DNA of 64,000 nt from an uncultured Spirochaetota bacterium (GCA_963734545.1 CAVTHO010000007.1:480001-544000), one strand, 5' to 3'. Shown: positions 40,143 through 51,234, counted from the first letter of the stretch. Program-made: numbers and translations. The notes: generated by a model from the sequence alone, not told the origin.

Positions 40143-40910
40143 TTGCCGGCTCTATTGAGAACCTTCGGATTTGACCCGGGCCGGACCATCAGGTCCATTA
40201 TCGCCCTCCCGCGGTACTTCCGCGAGTTGAGGCAGTTCAGGAGCCAATCGCGCGCAGCAAACTCTCCGTTCCCGTTGGGCAAACTCTATCCCTGCCTCGG
40301 CGAACGGGGTGCCATTACCGCGGCGGGACACTATTTTCACCAGGACCTCCACGTGGCGCAGAAGATATTCGAGGACCGGCCTGCGCTGCATGTCGACGTA
40401 GGCTCGCGGGTCGACGGCTTCGTGGCCCACGTTGCCTCCTTTCGGAGGATCGTGGTCATGGACATCAGGGAGCTTCGGGATACTGGCCACGAAAACATCG
40501 AGTTTATTCAGGCCGACCTGATGAACTTGCCGGAGCGCTTCACGGAATACTGCGACTCCCTCTCCTGTCTTCACGCGAACGAGCACTTCGGGCTTGGTCG
40601 ATACGGCGATCCGATTGCATCGGATGGCTACCTGCTCGGGCTCAAGAACATGCATCGGATGCTTCGATCGAGGGGCAAGTTCTACTATGCGGTGCCCATT
40701 GGTCCCCTGCGGGTCGAGTTCAACGCCCACCGCGTTTTTTCGCTCCGACATCTATTGGATCTCTTCCGGCATGAGTACACGGTGGACTCCTTTTCGTACG
40801 TGAACGACAAAGGACAGTTCTTTCGGGACGGCGTCTTGAGCGATCAGAATATCCGTGACAACTTCGGCTGCATCTACGGCTGCGGCATTTTCCAGATGAC
40901 GAAGCGCTGA
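40143..40910 (+). CDS. DUF268-like methyltransferase-fold protein
   Basis: HYFHQD, HVDVGSRVDGF, SCLHA.EHFGLGRYGDP and FNAHR motifs; the start is uncertain. Confidence 0.75.
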   Translation: MPALLRTFGFDPGRTIRSIIALPRYFRELRQFRSQSRAANSPFPLGKLYPCLGERGAITAAGHYFHQDLHVAQKIFEDRPALHVDVGSRVDGFVAHVASFRRIVVMDIRELRDTGHENIEFIQADLMNLPERFTEYCDSLSCLHANEHFGLGRYGDPIASDGYLLGLKNMHRMLRSRGKFYYAVPIGPLRVEFNAHRVFSLRHLLDLFRHEYTVDSFSYVNDKGQFFRDGVLSDQNIRDNFGCIYGCGIFQMTKR

Positions 40911-40927
40911 GCAGATGAGGAGAGGAC

Positions 40928-41947
40928 ATGGAGCGATCGATGGAAACCGTGGAAGCATGCGACTTGTGTGGCAGCACACGGCAGAGACTGTTCGAAGTCT
41001 ATGAACGATATGGCGAGACTTTTCACTATGTGGAATGTCTGGGCTGCGGGCTGGCTTTTCTCAACCCCCGCCCGACAGTTGATGGTATGCTGCGCTTCTA
41101 TGACAAAGAGTACGAAGATTCACGGCATTCCGTGTATCGAGAATCGGGATTCCGCAAGAGGGCTGGCTCCATTGCCCGCTGGTTTCTCCGTATCCGCTAT
41201 GAGAGAGGAGAAATTGCTTCGGCACTGGTGAAGGCCGTCTTCTTCCCGCTGGAAATGGCGTGGCAGAGATACCTTCGCAGAAATCCCTGGATGAGGCATG
41301 TACGGCACATAGGTCGCTTCCTGGACGTAGGCTGCGGCCGTGGCGGATTGCTCGCCAAAATACGCTTCCTGGGATTTGATGTCCATGGATGCGAGCCGTC
41401 CGCGACCGCTGCCGCAGTTGCCCAGGGAATGGGCCTCTCAGTGAAATGCAGCGACCTGCCGGGTGCGCACTACCCCAGTGACCATTTCGATGTTGTCCAC
41501 GTGCGCAGTGTACTCGAGCATGTCCATGATCCCACTGCTGTCATTTCGGAAATCAAGCGCATTCTCAAGCCGGGCGGTCTGGCCTATATCGATGTCCCGA
41601 ACCATGACGGCATTACCGGACAGGTAATTCGCAACAGTGAGGATGTGCCGATGCACCTGTATTCCTATTCTCCAACCACTTTGAGCAGGTATTTTGAGAA
41701 AGTCGGCCTTCACATTGTCAGCCTCACCACTTATACCAGGTTTCCACACACAATCTATGGGTATTTTGGCACGCAGGCGATTGCAATGGCGAAACTCAGC
41801 GGGTCGGCGGCGCAAGTTGCACAGACGGAAAGGTTCTGGGCTTTCAGCAATTCAGCGCGCCGTTCTGAGTATCAGGCGACTGCAAGGTTTTTCGATTCTA
41901 TTGGCCATGGATGTCATATCCTTGCTCTTGCGTCAAAGAATGGCTGA
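40928..41947 (+). CDS. Class I SAM methyltransferase with Zn ribbon
   Basis: CDLC...CLGC, LDVGCGRG, SVLEHVHDP and LKPGG motifs. Confidence 0.88.
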   Translation: MERSMETVEACDLCGSTRQRLFEVYERYGETFHYVECLGCGLAFLNPRPTVDGMLRFYDKEYEDSRHSVYRESGFRKRAGSIARWFLRIRYERGEIASALVKAVFFPLEMAWQRYLRRNPWMRHVRHIGRFLDVGCGRGGLLAKIRFLGFDVHGCEPSATAAAVAQGMGLSVKCSDLPGAHYPSDHFDVVHVRSVLEHVHDPTAVISEIKRILKPGGLAYIDVPNHDGITGQVIRNSEDVPMHLYSYSPTTLSRYFEKVGLHIVSLTTYTRFPHTIYGYFGTQAIAMAKLSGSAAQVAQTERFWAFSNSARRSEYQATARFFDSIGHGCHILALASKNG

Positions 41948-43250
41948 GAGCGAACGAACCGCCCAGATGAATCACGGAATCAAGTCAATCCTCAGACGAA
42001 TCGAGCCCCTTGTCCGGCTTTCCAAACGGCTGCGCGAAAGGCGCACGGAATTCTATCAATTCCAGAAAAGGGTCCATCCCGCAACATGGGCGAATCATGA
42101 CCTCATTATGGAGTGGGCCGACAACTGCCTTGTAAAATGCGCCGAGATGGAGGCCGCGAACAATTATGCGCGCTCAACCGATCCGACTGTGACACAGGGT
42201 TATGAGCTGAAGAAGCGTGTCGAGGCAGAATACAGGGAGAAGCACACGGACTGGGAAGAGCTGCGGATTCTTCTCTACCGTCCCGAGTACGAACAATCGG
42301 TAGGAGGATATTCGCTGGTCGGGAATCTCGCCATGTCCCTCCAATTCATGGGTGTCCGGGCGGAGGCCATAGGCAGAACTGACAATCTGGCGGTCGTGCT
42401 GGAGAGCTTCCGTCCGACTGTTCTGATGACGAGCGACAACGAACGCGATCTGGGAATCGTTGACTGGATGGCATTCAACGAGTATCGGAAGAAGCACCAT
42501 TGCGCTCTCGGCCTGACCGCTTCACTCGAAGAATTTCGGCAATACGCCGCTTGCCGGTCGTCTGGCGTGGGCGCATACGCACGGCGTAGACTTCTATTAC
42601 CAATTCGCTCCGCAGGAATATCTGCATGGGAGAGAGGAGTTCAATCCCTTTTGGAATGAAGGGTATGAGATACTCTCGGTGGAATTCGGTGCCAATGTCC
42701 TGAAGGTACTACCCTGTCCCCGGCGTCTCACGGGACATATCCTATGTGTTCCTCGGATCCCGCAACAAGGTGAAATGGGACAGGTATGTTACTTTTTTTG
42801 ACCGCATCTGTCGCGAATATCCCGGCTTCATTCACGGCAGCGGATGGCTCAAGCTCAAGGACCAAAGCGTCAACACCAACAGGGACCGCTACTTGTATGC
42901 GCGCGCCCGCGTGTGCCTGAATCTCCACACCCGGGCATGAGGTGCGGTGGCCCTTCGAATGTAATGAACGCACCTACATGCTGGCAGCGTGCGGTGCGCC
43001 CATGCTGATCGACAACCCCGCCTACTTGTCGTCGGTCTTTTCGAAGGACTCCGTTTTCACCGCGTCGACTCCCGACGAGTATTTCGAGCTCTTCCGCTTG
43101 ATGCTGGCAAATACGGAAGAAGTCCAGCGCCGCGCATTGAAGGCGCAGCGCGAAGTCATTGAGAAATACAATTCATTCAAGAGGGCGGAGGACTTTGCGG
43201 GGAATCTGAGGAGATACGCAACCGGAGACTCCCGGAGCCCGACAAAGTAG
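41940..43250 (+). CDS. CgeB/Glyco_trans_1_2-like glycosyltransferase (several frameshifts, ~42540-42940)
   Basis: Pieces VFLGS.N..K, YARARVCLNLH and NERTY.LAACG are spread over different frames. Confidence 0.65.
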
Positions 43251-43255
43251 CCTGA

Positions 43256-44155
43256 ATGGACAGGACGATCATTATCCGGTCGGCGGGAGGCCTGGGAAAC
43301 CAGTTGTTCCAGTACGCCGCCGGGAAAGGCTCTGGCAAAACGCATTCATGCGGTGCTGAAGCTCGATCTGACCTGGTACGAGAGTCCTCCGCCCGGGTGG
43401 CACGTCGACTGTTCTGTCTGGAGCATTTCGGGATCCGGGAGCTTGTCGCATCGCCCTCTGAGGTCAAGCGGTATCGTGGACGGACTTTATATGGGCGGGC
43501 GCTGCGCAAGGTGTTCCGCAGGGATGTGCGCCTCAGAATCCGCCGTGTTGACAGCGCACACGCCTACTGGGATCTTCGGAGGCTCCTTCGTCTCGAGGGC
43601 ATCTACCTTGACGGGTACTGGCAGAACGAGCGCTATTTTGCCGACGTGCGGAAAGAGATCCGCGCCATCTATGCTGCGCATGGTGAAAGCGCCGGACAGA
43701 GCTTGGAGCTCCGCCGCGAGATCGAAGGCTCGGATTCGATTGCGCTCCATGTGCGGAGAGGCGACTATGCTGCAAATCCAGCGCTCGGTGAAAGATTTGG
43801 AACGTGCAGCGTTGCTTACTACGAGTGGTGTCTTTCGGAGGCAATGAAGGGTCTCGCACACCCAAGAGTCTTTCTTTTTTCGGACGATATGGCCTGGGCG
43901 AGAAGCAGCATTCAGCTCCCACAGGATGTGGTGGTCGTTTCTCCGGAGAATGATGCGGGGGGCCTGGCAAGCTTCGATCTCATGCGCCGCTGCAGGCACT
44001 TCATCATATCCAACAGCTCGTTCAGCTGGTGGGCGGCGTGGCTGGGAGAAGCGCCGACAACCCTGACGTTCGCTCCCACTCCCTGGTTCATGGGCGGGAC
44101 CGACGATGCGGGAATCGTACCCGACCGATGGATAAAGAGGAACGCACGAAAATGA
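43256..44155 (+). CDS. Alpha-1,2-fucosyltransferase (GT11); compensating frameshifts ~43328-43395
   Basis: GGLGNQLFQYA, GYWQNE.YF, HVRRGDY, FSDD and NSSFSWWAAWL; ALAKRIHAVLKLDLTWY lies in an alternate frame. Confidence 0.9.
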   Translation: MDRTIIIRSAGGLGNQLFQYAAGKGSGKTHSCGAEARSDLVRESSARVARRLFCLEHFGIRELVASPSEVKRYRGRTLYGRALRKVFRRDVRLRIRRVDSAHAYWDLRRLLRLEGIYLDGYWQNERYFADVRKEIRAIYAAHGESAGQSLELRREIEGSDSIALHVRRGDYAANPALGERFGTCSVAYYEWCLSEAMKGLAHPRVFLFSDDMAWARSSIQLPQDVVVVSPENDAGGLASFDLMRRCRHFIISNSSFSWWAAWLGEAPTTLTFAPTPWFMGGTDDAGIVPDRWIKRNARK

Positions 44156-44186
44156 GGGCGGGACAGCGCGGAATGGAGTGTGCAGT

Positions 44187-45017
44187 ATGAACCCTTTCAC
44201 CGCGATATTGCGGCGATTGCGAGGGACGGTCAGATACCAGAATCTCTTTGAACGAATGTTGAAATTCGCTCTTCGCGGCTTGAATATCGGCGCTGAGACA
44301 GGCTCGGAGCAAAACGGGGAGCGCCGAGCGGCTGAGCTCGTGCGTGGCATCCTCGAGGGGGAGCATCCCCCTTTGTACGTTTTTGACGTGGGCGCGAATC
44401 GTGGCGGCTTCTCCCGCATGATTCTTGCGGTCTTTGCCAATACGAATGTGCAGGTCCATCTGTTCGAACCATCGCGAACGCTTTTCGAAGACCTTTCAAA
44501 ACAAATGACAGATCGCGGAGTTGTCCTGAATGCAGTGGCGCTCAGCGATCAGACCGGTGAGGGCACCCTTCATACATCACCCTTGCATCCAAGTCTGGGC
44601 AGTCTTCATGCCCGGGAAATCTCGGCGGAGACATCGCTGCCTCTCGAGGAAAGGGTTGCCCTGGATACCGTCGATACCTACTGCCAGAAGCATGATATAC
44701 CGCATGTTCATTTCCTGAAGATGGACGTGGAAGGACACGAGATGGCAGTCCTGCGCGGTGCGTCGGCAATGCTTTCGTCCGGGCACGTGAGTATCATCCA
44801 GTTCGAGTTTGGCGGCGCAAACCTGGATTCCAGGACGTATTTCCGCGACTTTTGGAACCTCCTGACGCCTCGCTTCTGCCTGTATCGTATTCTCAAGGAC
44901 GGCTTGTACAGGATTGAGGCCTATCATGCCCTGCTCGAGCAGTTCACCTACTCGAACTACGTCGCTATCTCGTCGCAGCTCGTCAACGATCCGTCACGTC
45001 GAACGGTCTTTCACTAG
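44187..45017 (+). CDS. FkbM-family methyltransferase
   Basis: FDVGANRG, FEPS, LKMDVEGHE and IQFEFG motifs. Confidence 0.9.
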   Translation: MNPFTAILRRLRGTVRYQNLFERMLKFALRGLNIGAETGSEQNGERRAAELVRGILEGEHPPLYVFDVGANRGGFSRMILAVFANTNVQVHLFEPSRTLFEDLSKQMTDRGVVLNAVALSDQTGEGTLHTSPLHPSLGSLHAREISAETSLPLEERVALDTVDTYCQKHDIPHVHFLKMDVEGHEMAVLRGASAMLSSGHVSIIQFEFGGANLDSRTYFRDFWNLLTPRFCLYRILKDGLYRIEAYHALLEQFTYSNYVAISSQLVNDPSRRTVFH

Positions 45018-45021
45018 AAGC

Positions 45022-46056
45022 ATGCAATTTTCGGTGATCATACCGCTGCGGGACAAAGGTCCGCACATAGAGCGGGCTCTGCGATCCGTGTATCGGCAGA
45101 CGTACAGAGACTACGAGGTTGTCGTCGTCGACGACGCGTCCACGGACGACGGACTGGACGTGGTCCGACGCATCCAGGACATGAACACCCGTCTGGTCTG
45201 CCGCAATAGGTCCGGCCCTGGTGGATATGCAGCCAGAAACGACGGCATCAGGATTGCGATCAATCCGTGGATCGCATTCCTTGATGCAGATGACGAGTGG
45301 CTGCCCGATCACCTGAAGAACCTCGTCGGCCTGACGACACGCTGGCCCGACGTGCTCTGTCTTGCCTCTGCATATGAACGCGACTATGGCGATGGAGCTC
45401 CGCGCTTGTGCAGCTACGCAACGCGGTTCGGCGGGTTCCACGCGCGTCGAATCGGCTTCGCCGAGTACGTGCGCGAAACAGCTCGTGACCGGTGTCCTGT
45501 CTGGACTTCTGCCGTCGCGGTGCACCGGGAAGCTGTTATTCGTGCGGGTCTCTTCCCAGATGGGCGCTGTACCAGGGGCGGAGATGTCGATACATGGCTG
45601 AGAATCGCAGAGCTCACGGACATCGGATGGTCGTCAGCAGTCGGCGCGCGATACCATCGAGACTCTGTCAACATGGTGACACGCCAGATACCTCCTCAGC
45701 TCTGTCACTGCGTGGATGAAACGATCGTCGACATGATCCGGCGAAAACCTGCAGGAGGCAGGCTCGCTTCGGCCCCGGCCACTGCGCTGAAACGCGTCGC
45801 CAACTACTACAAGAAGCCGGCCTTCAAACGGGCAGTCAGGTCTGGGGAGATTCGCGTCAGAGATGTGCGGCATCTGTACTTCTGGGCCGATCCCCTTTAC
45901 GTCACGGTAATCATGCTTGCGGCGGCTGCCCCGAATTCGCTGCTCGCGGCTCTTATTCGCACGCTTCGGCTGCGAGAAGCGCCTACGGTCGATTGCGTGG
46001 CAGCATCCAATGAAAAGAGTCCTCGTCATCTCTTCCCTGGCCAGCGGAGGGGCTGA
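45022..46056 (+). CDS. Glycosyltransferase family 2
   Basis: FSVIIP, VVDDASTD, AARN.G and FLDADDEW motifs. Confidence 0.9.
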   Translation: MQFSVIIPLRDKGPHIERALRSVYRQTYRDYEVVVVDDASTDDGLDVVRRIQDMNTRLVCRNRSGPGGYAARNDGIRIAINPWIAFLDADDEWLPDHLKNLVGLTTRWPDVLCLASAYERDYGDGAPRLCSYATRFGGFHARRIGFAEYVRETARDRCPVWTSAVAVHREAVIRAGLFPDGRCTRGGDVDTWLRIAELTDIGWSSAVGARYHRDSVNMVTRQIPPQLCHCVDETIVDMIRRKPAGGRLASAPATALKRVANYYKKPAFKRAVRSGEIRVRDVRHLYFWADPLYVTVIMLAAAAPNSLLAALIRTLRLREAPTVDCVAASNEKSPRHLFPGQRRG

Positions 46057-47136
46057 AAAGCTGCTCGTCACGCTTGCGGATGAGTGGGCTCGGCGCGGGG
46101 ATGATGTCCGGTCATTACGCATTCGATCCACCGTATCGGACAGGTATCACCTGTCGGAGCGCGTCAGAAGGATTTCCGCTCGGAGCCGATGCCCTGCGCT
46201 GGTACTCGATCGTTCGATACTTGAAGCTGCTGTGGCGGCTTCGACGAGCAATCCGGCGCGCCGCGCCGGATTTCATTCTCTCGTTTATCATCAAGACGAA
46301 TATTCTTACTCTGCTTGCCACTATCGGCCTGCCTTTCCCGTTGTTGCGAGTGAGCATTCGGTCATCAAGAGAGCCGACATATCGCGCCGAAACGGCTGGC
46401 TTCGCCGCCTGGCATATCGGCGGGCCGCGTGCATTGTTGTGCTGACCGAGACCGCGAGAAAGGCGCTCAGGGGCATCCTTGCCTCGCGCACGTGTAGTGT
46501 CGATTCCGAATCCTGTCATGGTGGAGCCGGCATCCGAGGCTTTCAAGGCCCCTGACCTTCGCCGCTATTTCCCGGGATCGACAGGGAAGGACCTGCGTTT
46601 TCTCGTCGGCATGGGACGGCTGCATCCTGTCAAAGGATTCGACCTTCTGCTCGAAGCGTTTGCTCTGGTCCACGGAAACCACCCGGAATGGCGGCTCCTT
46701 ATCGTGGGAGAGGGCGACGAGCGGCCCAGGCTGGAGGCAATCGCAGGGCGGCATGGCCTGCAGGACGTTGTCTCCAATGCCCGGCTTCCTGACTGATCCC
46801 CAGGCCGTGCTGCATGCCGCAGATCTCTTTGCGGTTCCCTCGAGGTTCGAAGGATTCGGAAACGTGATACTCGAAGCCATGACGGCCGGCGTGCCCGTAG
46901 TCGCCTTCAACTGCCCGGACGGCCCCCGGGAGATTATCACAGACGGTCGCGACGGAATCCTCGTGGAGCGGGAAAACCCTCGCGCCATGGCGGCAGCAAT
47001 CCTGCGGTTGATGGACAGCCCGGAAGAACGCAATCGCCTGGCGCAGGCAGCGCTGCAGACAGTCAAACGCTACGAGATGGGCCGGATCCTGGAGATGTGG
47101 GACCGCGTGCTCGTGCCGCTGACGGTCAAGGCCTGA
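46010..47136 (+). CDS. GT4 glycosyltransferase (multiple frameshifts)
   Basis: SSLASGGAEK, ASEHS, IPNPV, GRL..VKG.DLL and PSRFEGFGNVILEAM occur in successive frames. Confidence 0.8.
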
Positions 47137-47140
47137 AATC

Positions 47141-48295
47141 GTGACCATCGTTGGTGTCTTCTACAATAGCGAGTTCAGGACCGGCGGACACACACGCTAC
47201 ATCGAGCTCATGGAAGCCCTTGCACGACGGGGCCATCATGTCCACGTGCTGATGAACAGCCTCCTTTCCTACGAGCCACGCTTTTTCCAGGCGGAGCAGA
47301 GGCGCGTGGCATATCGGCGCAAGGCATTCCCTCCGGCGTCATGGATATTTGCCGCGGCCGCGAGAAGTGAGGCTGCAAGGCTTGGTCGGAGAATCTCGAC
47401 TCCTGACGCAGTGCTGATATTCGGGGAAACGCACCTTGCAGCGGGCAGGGCGCTGGCACGCGCGCTTGCGACAAAGCTCGTCTATGCGCACCGCTCCAAT
47501 GGAGTCAGGGAGGCGCTCACCTATTCCGCAGAGGCGAGGGGAATGCCGGTGAGACGCCTCCTTCTCCTGCCGACTATCGCGAAGGCGATGCAGGAGGAGA
47601 GACGAATTGCCCGCGCGGCTGACCTGGTTGTCTTTCAGAGCTCCTTTGACCGGGAGGATTTCCGCACACGCGTGCCCATGCCAGATGGGCAGGCAACGAT
47701 CATCCGCGGGGATATCCTGGGCCCGCGCTTCAAGGCAGAGTACGCAAAGGTCAACAAGTCGACGGCATTGAGGCAGATCGCGTTCATGGGGACGCACGGA
47801 CACCGCAAGGGCCTTGATTACCTGATCGAGGCCGTGCGTATCCTGCATGCACGCGGGTATCGGGAGCTTCGCTTCGAGATCTGCGGGCCCGGAGAGCGAT
47901 TCGAGGAACTTGCCGCACGCCTTGACGCACAGGGCCTTTCGGAAATGACCACGCTTCGGGGAAGAGTTGCCGATCCATTCCTTGTCATCGGAGGCTCGGA
48001 TCTGCTCGTGGTACCCTCGCTCTTCGACAGTTACCCGAACTCGGTGCTCGAGGCGCTCCACGCCGGGACGCCGGTGATCGGGAGCAGGGTCGGAGGCATT
48101 CCCGATCAGCTTCAATATGAAGAGCTTCTTTTTCCGCCGATGGATGCGCGCGCCATCGCGGATCGTATTGAACGCTGCGTGCGCGAACCCGGATTCTACC
48201 AGCGGATTCGCCGGCTCTGCGCAGAGCGGCGCGCGAGCTTCGAGTTTGATTGGGCAGAAGCCTGGGAGAATGAGATTGCGGCGCTCAGCCGCTGA
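47141..48295 (+). CDS. GT4 glycosyltransferase
   Basis: TGGH, RKG...LIEA and VPS.FDSYPNSVLEALHAGTPVIGS motifs. Confidence 0.85.
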   Translation: MTIVGVFYNSEFRTGGHTRYIELMEALARRGHHVHVLMNSLLSYEPRFFQAEQRRVAYRRKAFPPASWIFAAAARSEAARLGRRISTPDAVLIFGETHLAAGRALARALATKLVYAHRSNGVREALTYSAEARGMPVRRLLLLPTIAKAMQEERRIARAADLVVFQSSFDREDFRTRVPMPDGQATIIRGDILGPRFKAEYAKVNKSTALRQIAFMGTHGHRKGLDYLIEAVRILHARGYRELRFEICGPGERFEELAARLDAQGLSEMTTLRGRVADPFLVIGGSDLLVVPSLFDSYPNSVLEALHAGTPVIGSRVGGIPDQLQYEELLFPPMDARAIADRIERCVREPGFYQRIRRLCAERRASFEFDWAEAWENEIAALSR

Positions 48296-48320
48296 TGGCC
48301 GGACGAGGAGGAGCTCAGCA

Positions 48321-49346
48321 GTGGAACGAATGATCATCATGGATCGCAATGAGAACAACTATGGTCCGTCTCCCAAGTGCCACGAGGTCATGAGAAACAT
48401 GACGATGGAGTACTTCTCCACGTATTCGCGCGACTACCCCCGGCGAATCAAGAGCCGCATCGCGGAGCAGTACGACGTGAATCCCGATAATGTGATCGTG
48501 GGGTACGGGGCGGAGGACCTTCTCAAGCAGGTCATCCACTGGGCCGCGGAGCCCTCCTCTACGATCGCACTGCCCGACATGTCCTGGTGGTACTACAAGC
48601 ACATTGTGGGAGAGGTCGGAGCGAAAATGGCCGAGTACCACATGAAGGAAACACCCGATACGTGGGATTTCGACGACCAGGAGATCTTCTCGATATTGAA
48701 GAAAAAACCCCGGCTCTTCATCATCGCATCTCCCAGCAATCCGACAGGGAACTTTCTGTCCGTGAAGAGGATGAAGAGCCTTCTCGCCGCGAAAGACCCG
48801 TCCACGCTGTTCGTTCTCGACGAGGCCTATTGGGGATTCGGCGCCGAGCCTTTCCCCGAGAGAGAAGTCGCTGAGCATGCGAACTTCATCCTCCTGAGGA
48901 CGCTTTCGAAGTACTATGCCCTGGCAGGGCTTCGCATCGGGTTTGCGTTCATCGGGAAAGGCCTGGCCGACTTTGCCACCTACAAGAGCGTCTACCTCGG
49001 ATTCAACCGGACCTCGGAGGAAATGCTGTTCGCGGCATTAGACAACGAATCGGACTCCTATTACAGGGAAAAGGCCGCGATGATCATCGAGGACGGGAAG
49101 ATGTTCTTCGAGGAGCTCCGCGGAATGGGGTTCAAGCCCTTCCGCTCGTGCGCGAACTTCATCCTCGCGCGGCTGCCCGCGGATGACTATGCCCTGCTGA
49201 AGGAGAAGCTGCCCCTTCGGGGATTCGTCATCAGATTCCTCACAGAAGGGGCATTCGAGAATTGCATCCGCATTTCCATAGGGACCCGCGAGCAGAACCA
49301 TCTCCTGATAGAGATCATGAAGGACCTGCTGCGCAGCAAGGCCTGA
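48321..49346 (+). CDS. HisC/CobD-like PLP aminotransferase or decarboxylase
   Basis: DRNEN, SPSNPTG, LDEAY, RTLSKYYALAGLRIG (PLP Lys), ANF and RISIG; GAGGAGG RBS. Confidence 0.88.
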   Translation: MERMIIMDRNENNYGPSPKCHEVMRNMTMEYFSTYSRDYPRRIKSRIAEQYDVNPDNVIVGYGAEDLLKQVIHWAAEPSSTIALPDMSWWYYKHIVGEVGAKMAEYHMKETPDTWDFDDQEIFSILKKKPRLFIIASPSNPTGNFLSVKRMKSLLAAKDPSTLFVLDEAYWGFGAEPFPEREVAEHANFILLRTLSKYYALAGLRIGFAFIGKGLADFATYKSVYLGFNRTSEEMLFAALDNESDSYYREKAAMIIEDGKMFFEELRGMGFKPFRSCANFILARLPADDYALLKEKLPLRGFVIRFLTEGAFENCIRISIGTREQNHLLIEIMKDLLRSKA

Positions 49347-49349
49347 GAC

Positions 49350-50078
49350 ATGCAGGTGGTCCTCCTTGCCGCGGGTCTTGCCCAGAGACTCCGCCCGCTG
49401 ACCGATCTCTGCCCGAAATGCCTTCTCGACGTCGGCGGGAGGTCGATTCTCGAGAGGGCCGTGGACACGTTGACGTTGTGCGGCCTTGCAGATTTTGTCG
49501 TCGTGACCGGCTACAAGGCGGCAATGATCAGGGAGCGGATCGAGGCGCGCTATCCGAGACTCTCGGTGAAATGGATCACGAACGAGCGCTACGCCGAAAC
49601 GAACAATGCCTATTCCCTGATGCTGGCTGAACGGGCCGTCGAGGGAGAGTTCCTGCTGCTGGACAGCGATATCCTTTTCCCCGCAGGGCTGGTGCAGAAG
49701 CTGAGGGAATGCCGCGACCTGCCCTGCCTTGCGTTTGATCGCCATCCCTGCGGCGATGAGGAAATCAAGGTCCTTCTGGACGCGCATCAGGACGTGCGGG
49801 ATATTGGCAAGGAAATCGACCCATCCCAGGCAGCCGGTGAATCAATCGGCATCGAAATCTTCTCTGATGCGGCACGACAGGAGTTGTTCCGCACCCTTCA
49901 CCGAAGGATCGTCTCCCAGCGGCGCGAAAACGAGTTCTACGAAGCATCCTTCAAGGAGATGATCGGCAACGGCACGAGCTTCCATGCCGTCGATACGACT
50001 GATTTCCCGGCCATGGAAATCGATTCAGCCGAGGATCTGCAAAGGGCGCGGGTGAGATACTCGGCAGAGGGGCGCTGA
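49350..50078 (+). CDS. LicC/IPCT-like phospho-alcohol cytidylyltransferase
   Basis: LAAG...RLRPLT..PKCL, N..YAETNNAYSL, LDSDI, GESIGI and EID..EDL motifs. Confidence 0.85.
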   Translation: MQVVLLAAGLAQRLRPLTDLCPKCLLDVGGRSILERAVDTLTLCGLADFVVVTGYKAAMIRERIEARYPRLSVKWITNERYAETNNAYSLMLAERAVEGEFLLLDSDILFPAGLVQKLRECRDLPCLAFDRHPCGDEEIKVLLDAHQDVRDIGKEIDPSQAAGESIGIEIFSDAARQELFRTLHRRIVSQRRENEFYEASFKEMIGNGTSFHAVDTTDFPAMEIDSAEDLQRARVRYSAEGR

Positions 50079-50079
50079 C

Positions 50080-51196
50080 TCAGACGCGGGAAAGCTCTTC
50101 GTAGACGGAGAGAAGGCGTTGCGCGCTCCGCGTCCATGAGAAGAGCGGAACGCGCGCGGCACCACGTTCGACAAGCTGAGCGCGGAATTGCCTGTCGGCG
50201 ATAACGCGATGCATCGCCTCTGAAAGGGCAACGGCGTCATGGGGATCTTCAACGACGCAGGCCGCGTCCCCGACAATCTCCCGGATTGCGAATCCCGGAG
50301 TCGTGATGACGGGACAGCCGCAGGCCATTGCCTCGACATTGGGCATGCCGAACCCCTCTGCGAAGGAGGGAAAGACGAAGGCGTCCGCCGCGTTCATGAG
50401 CTCCGCAACGTCGCTTCTCGGGAACAAAGCCGGGGGTGATGAAACGCTCGGAGATGCCGAGTGCCGTCGCACGCGTCTTGACGGCTTCCGCTCCCCACCC
50501 TCCGCCCGCGCACACGAGGCTGTGCCGCGTTCCGTATTTCTTGACGAAACAGGCGAACGCTTCCAGGAGTGTCCATGGATTCTTGCGCTCGGAAAATCGG
50601 CTGACGTGCAGGATGTAGGGATGCGGCGCACCATAGCGTTCGGGCGCGGTGATCTCGTTTCTCGGCAGGACGCGGTAGAGGGGTGAAAGACCGTTGTAGC
50701 AGACGACGATGTTTTCGGGCGGCACCCGGAAACGCGTGACGAAAAAGCTCGCGCTGGTTTCCGAGACGGTCACGATTCGGTCCATGCGTCTTGCATAGGA
50801 AGGGCCGATGAGCCGCTCGTGCAGGAGCTCTGCCTTTCCGTAGAATTGCGGCACAAGAAACTGTTCGGCTCCGTGGATCGTGGCGACCTTGCGGGATCTC
50901 ACTCCCCAGATGGGAGCGTAGATAGTGAGGGGCGTGTAGTGAACCACGTCGAAGGCCTGCCTCCTGAGGGAGAAGGCAGCAAGGAGAGGATTCCGTGGAA
51001 CGATCAGCTCGCGGACGCGCCTGTATATCTGATTGTCACTGGGGCGGTAGTGGATAAAAGTGAAGTCGAAACGGCCGTCATTGAGGTCCAGGACGGAGCC
51101 CAGAATCTCGTTCAGGTGATGCCCGGAGCCGGAGGTCCAATTGTCGAGCTGCTTGGAGAAGATCCCGATGCGCGGGCGTCCGTTCCTGCTTTTCAT
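50080..51196 (-). CDS. GT4 (MtfB/WbaZ-like) glycosyltransferase (frameshift ~50420)
   Basis: ATIHG, TVSE and RKN motifs, then FVFPSFAEGFGMPNVEAMACGCPV and FSW in a second frame. Confidence 0.85.
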
Positions 51197-51202
51197 CCAG
51201 TC

Positions 51203-51215
51203 ATGATAGCTATCA
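51203..51215. promoter_or_regulatory. Palindromic site overlapping a -10 box in a 38 bp divergent gap
   Basis: Perfect palindrome TGATAGCTATCA (51204-51215); minus-strand TATCAT lies 6 nt before ATG 51196. Confidence 0.5.
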
Positions 51216-51234
51216 ACCGACGGGTCTTCAAGCT

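Noticed and set aside
40093-40158. ATGA-coupled 21-aa ORF after fcl
   Set aside because: Cannot be distinguished from a frameshifted N-terminus of the DUF268 gene or from chance; no recognisable homology.
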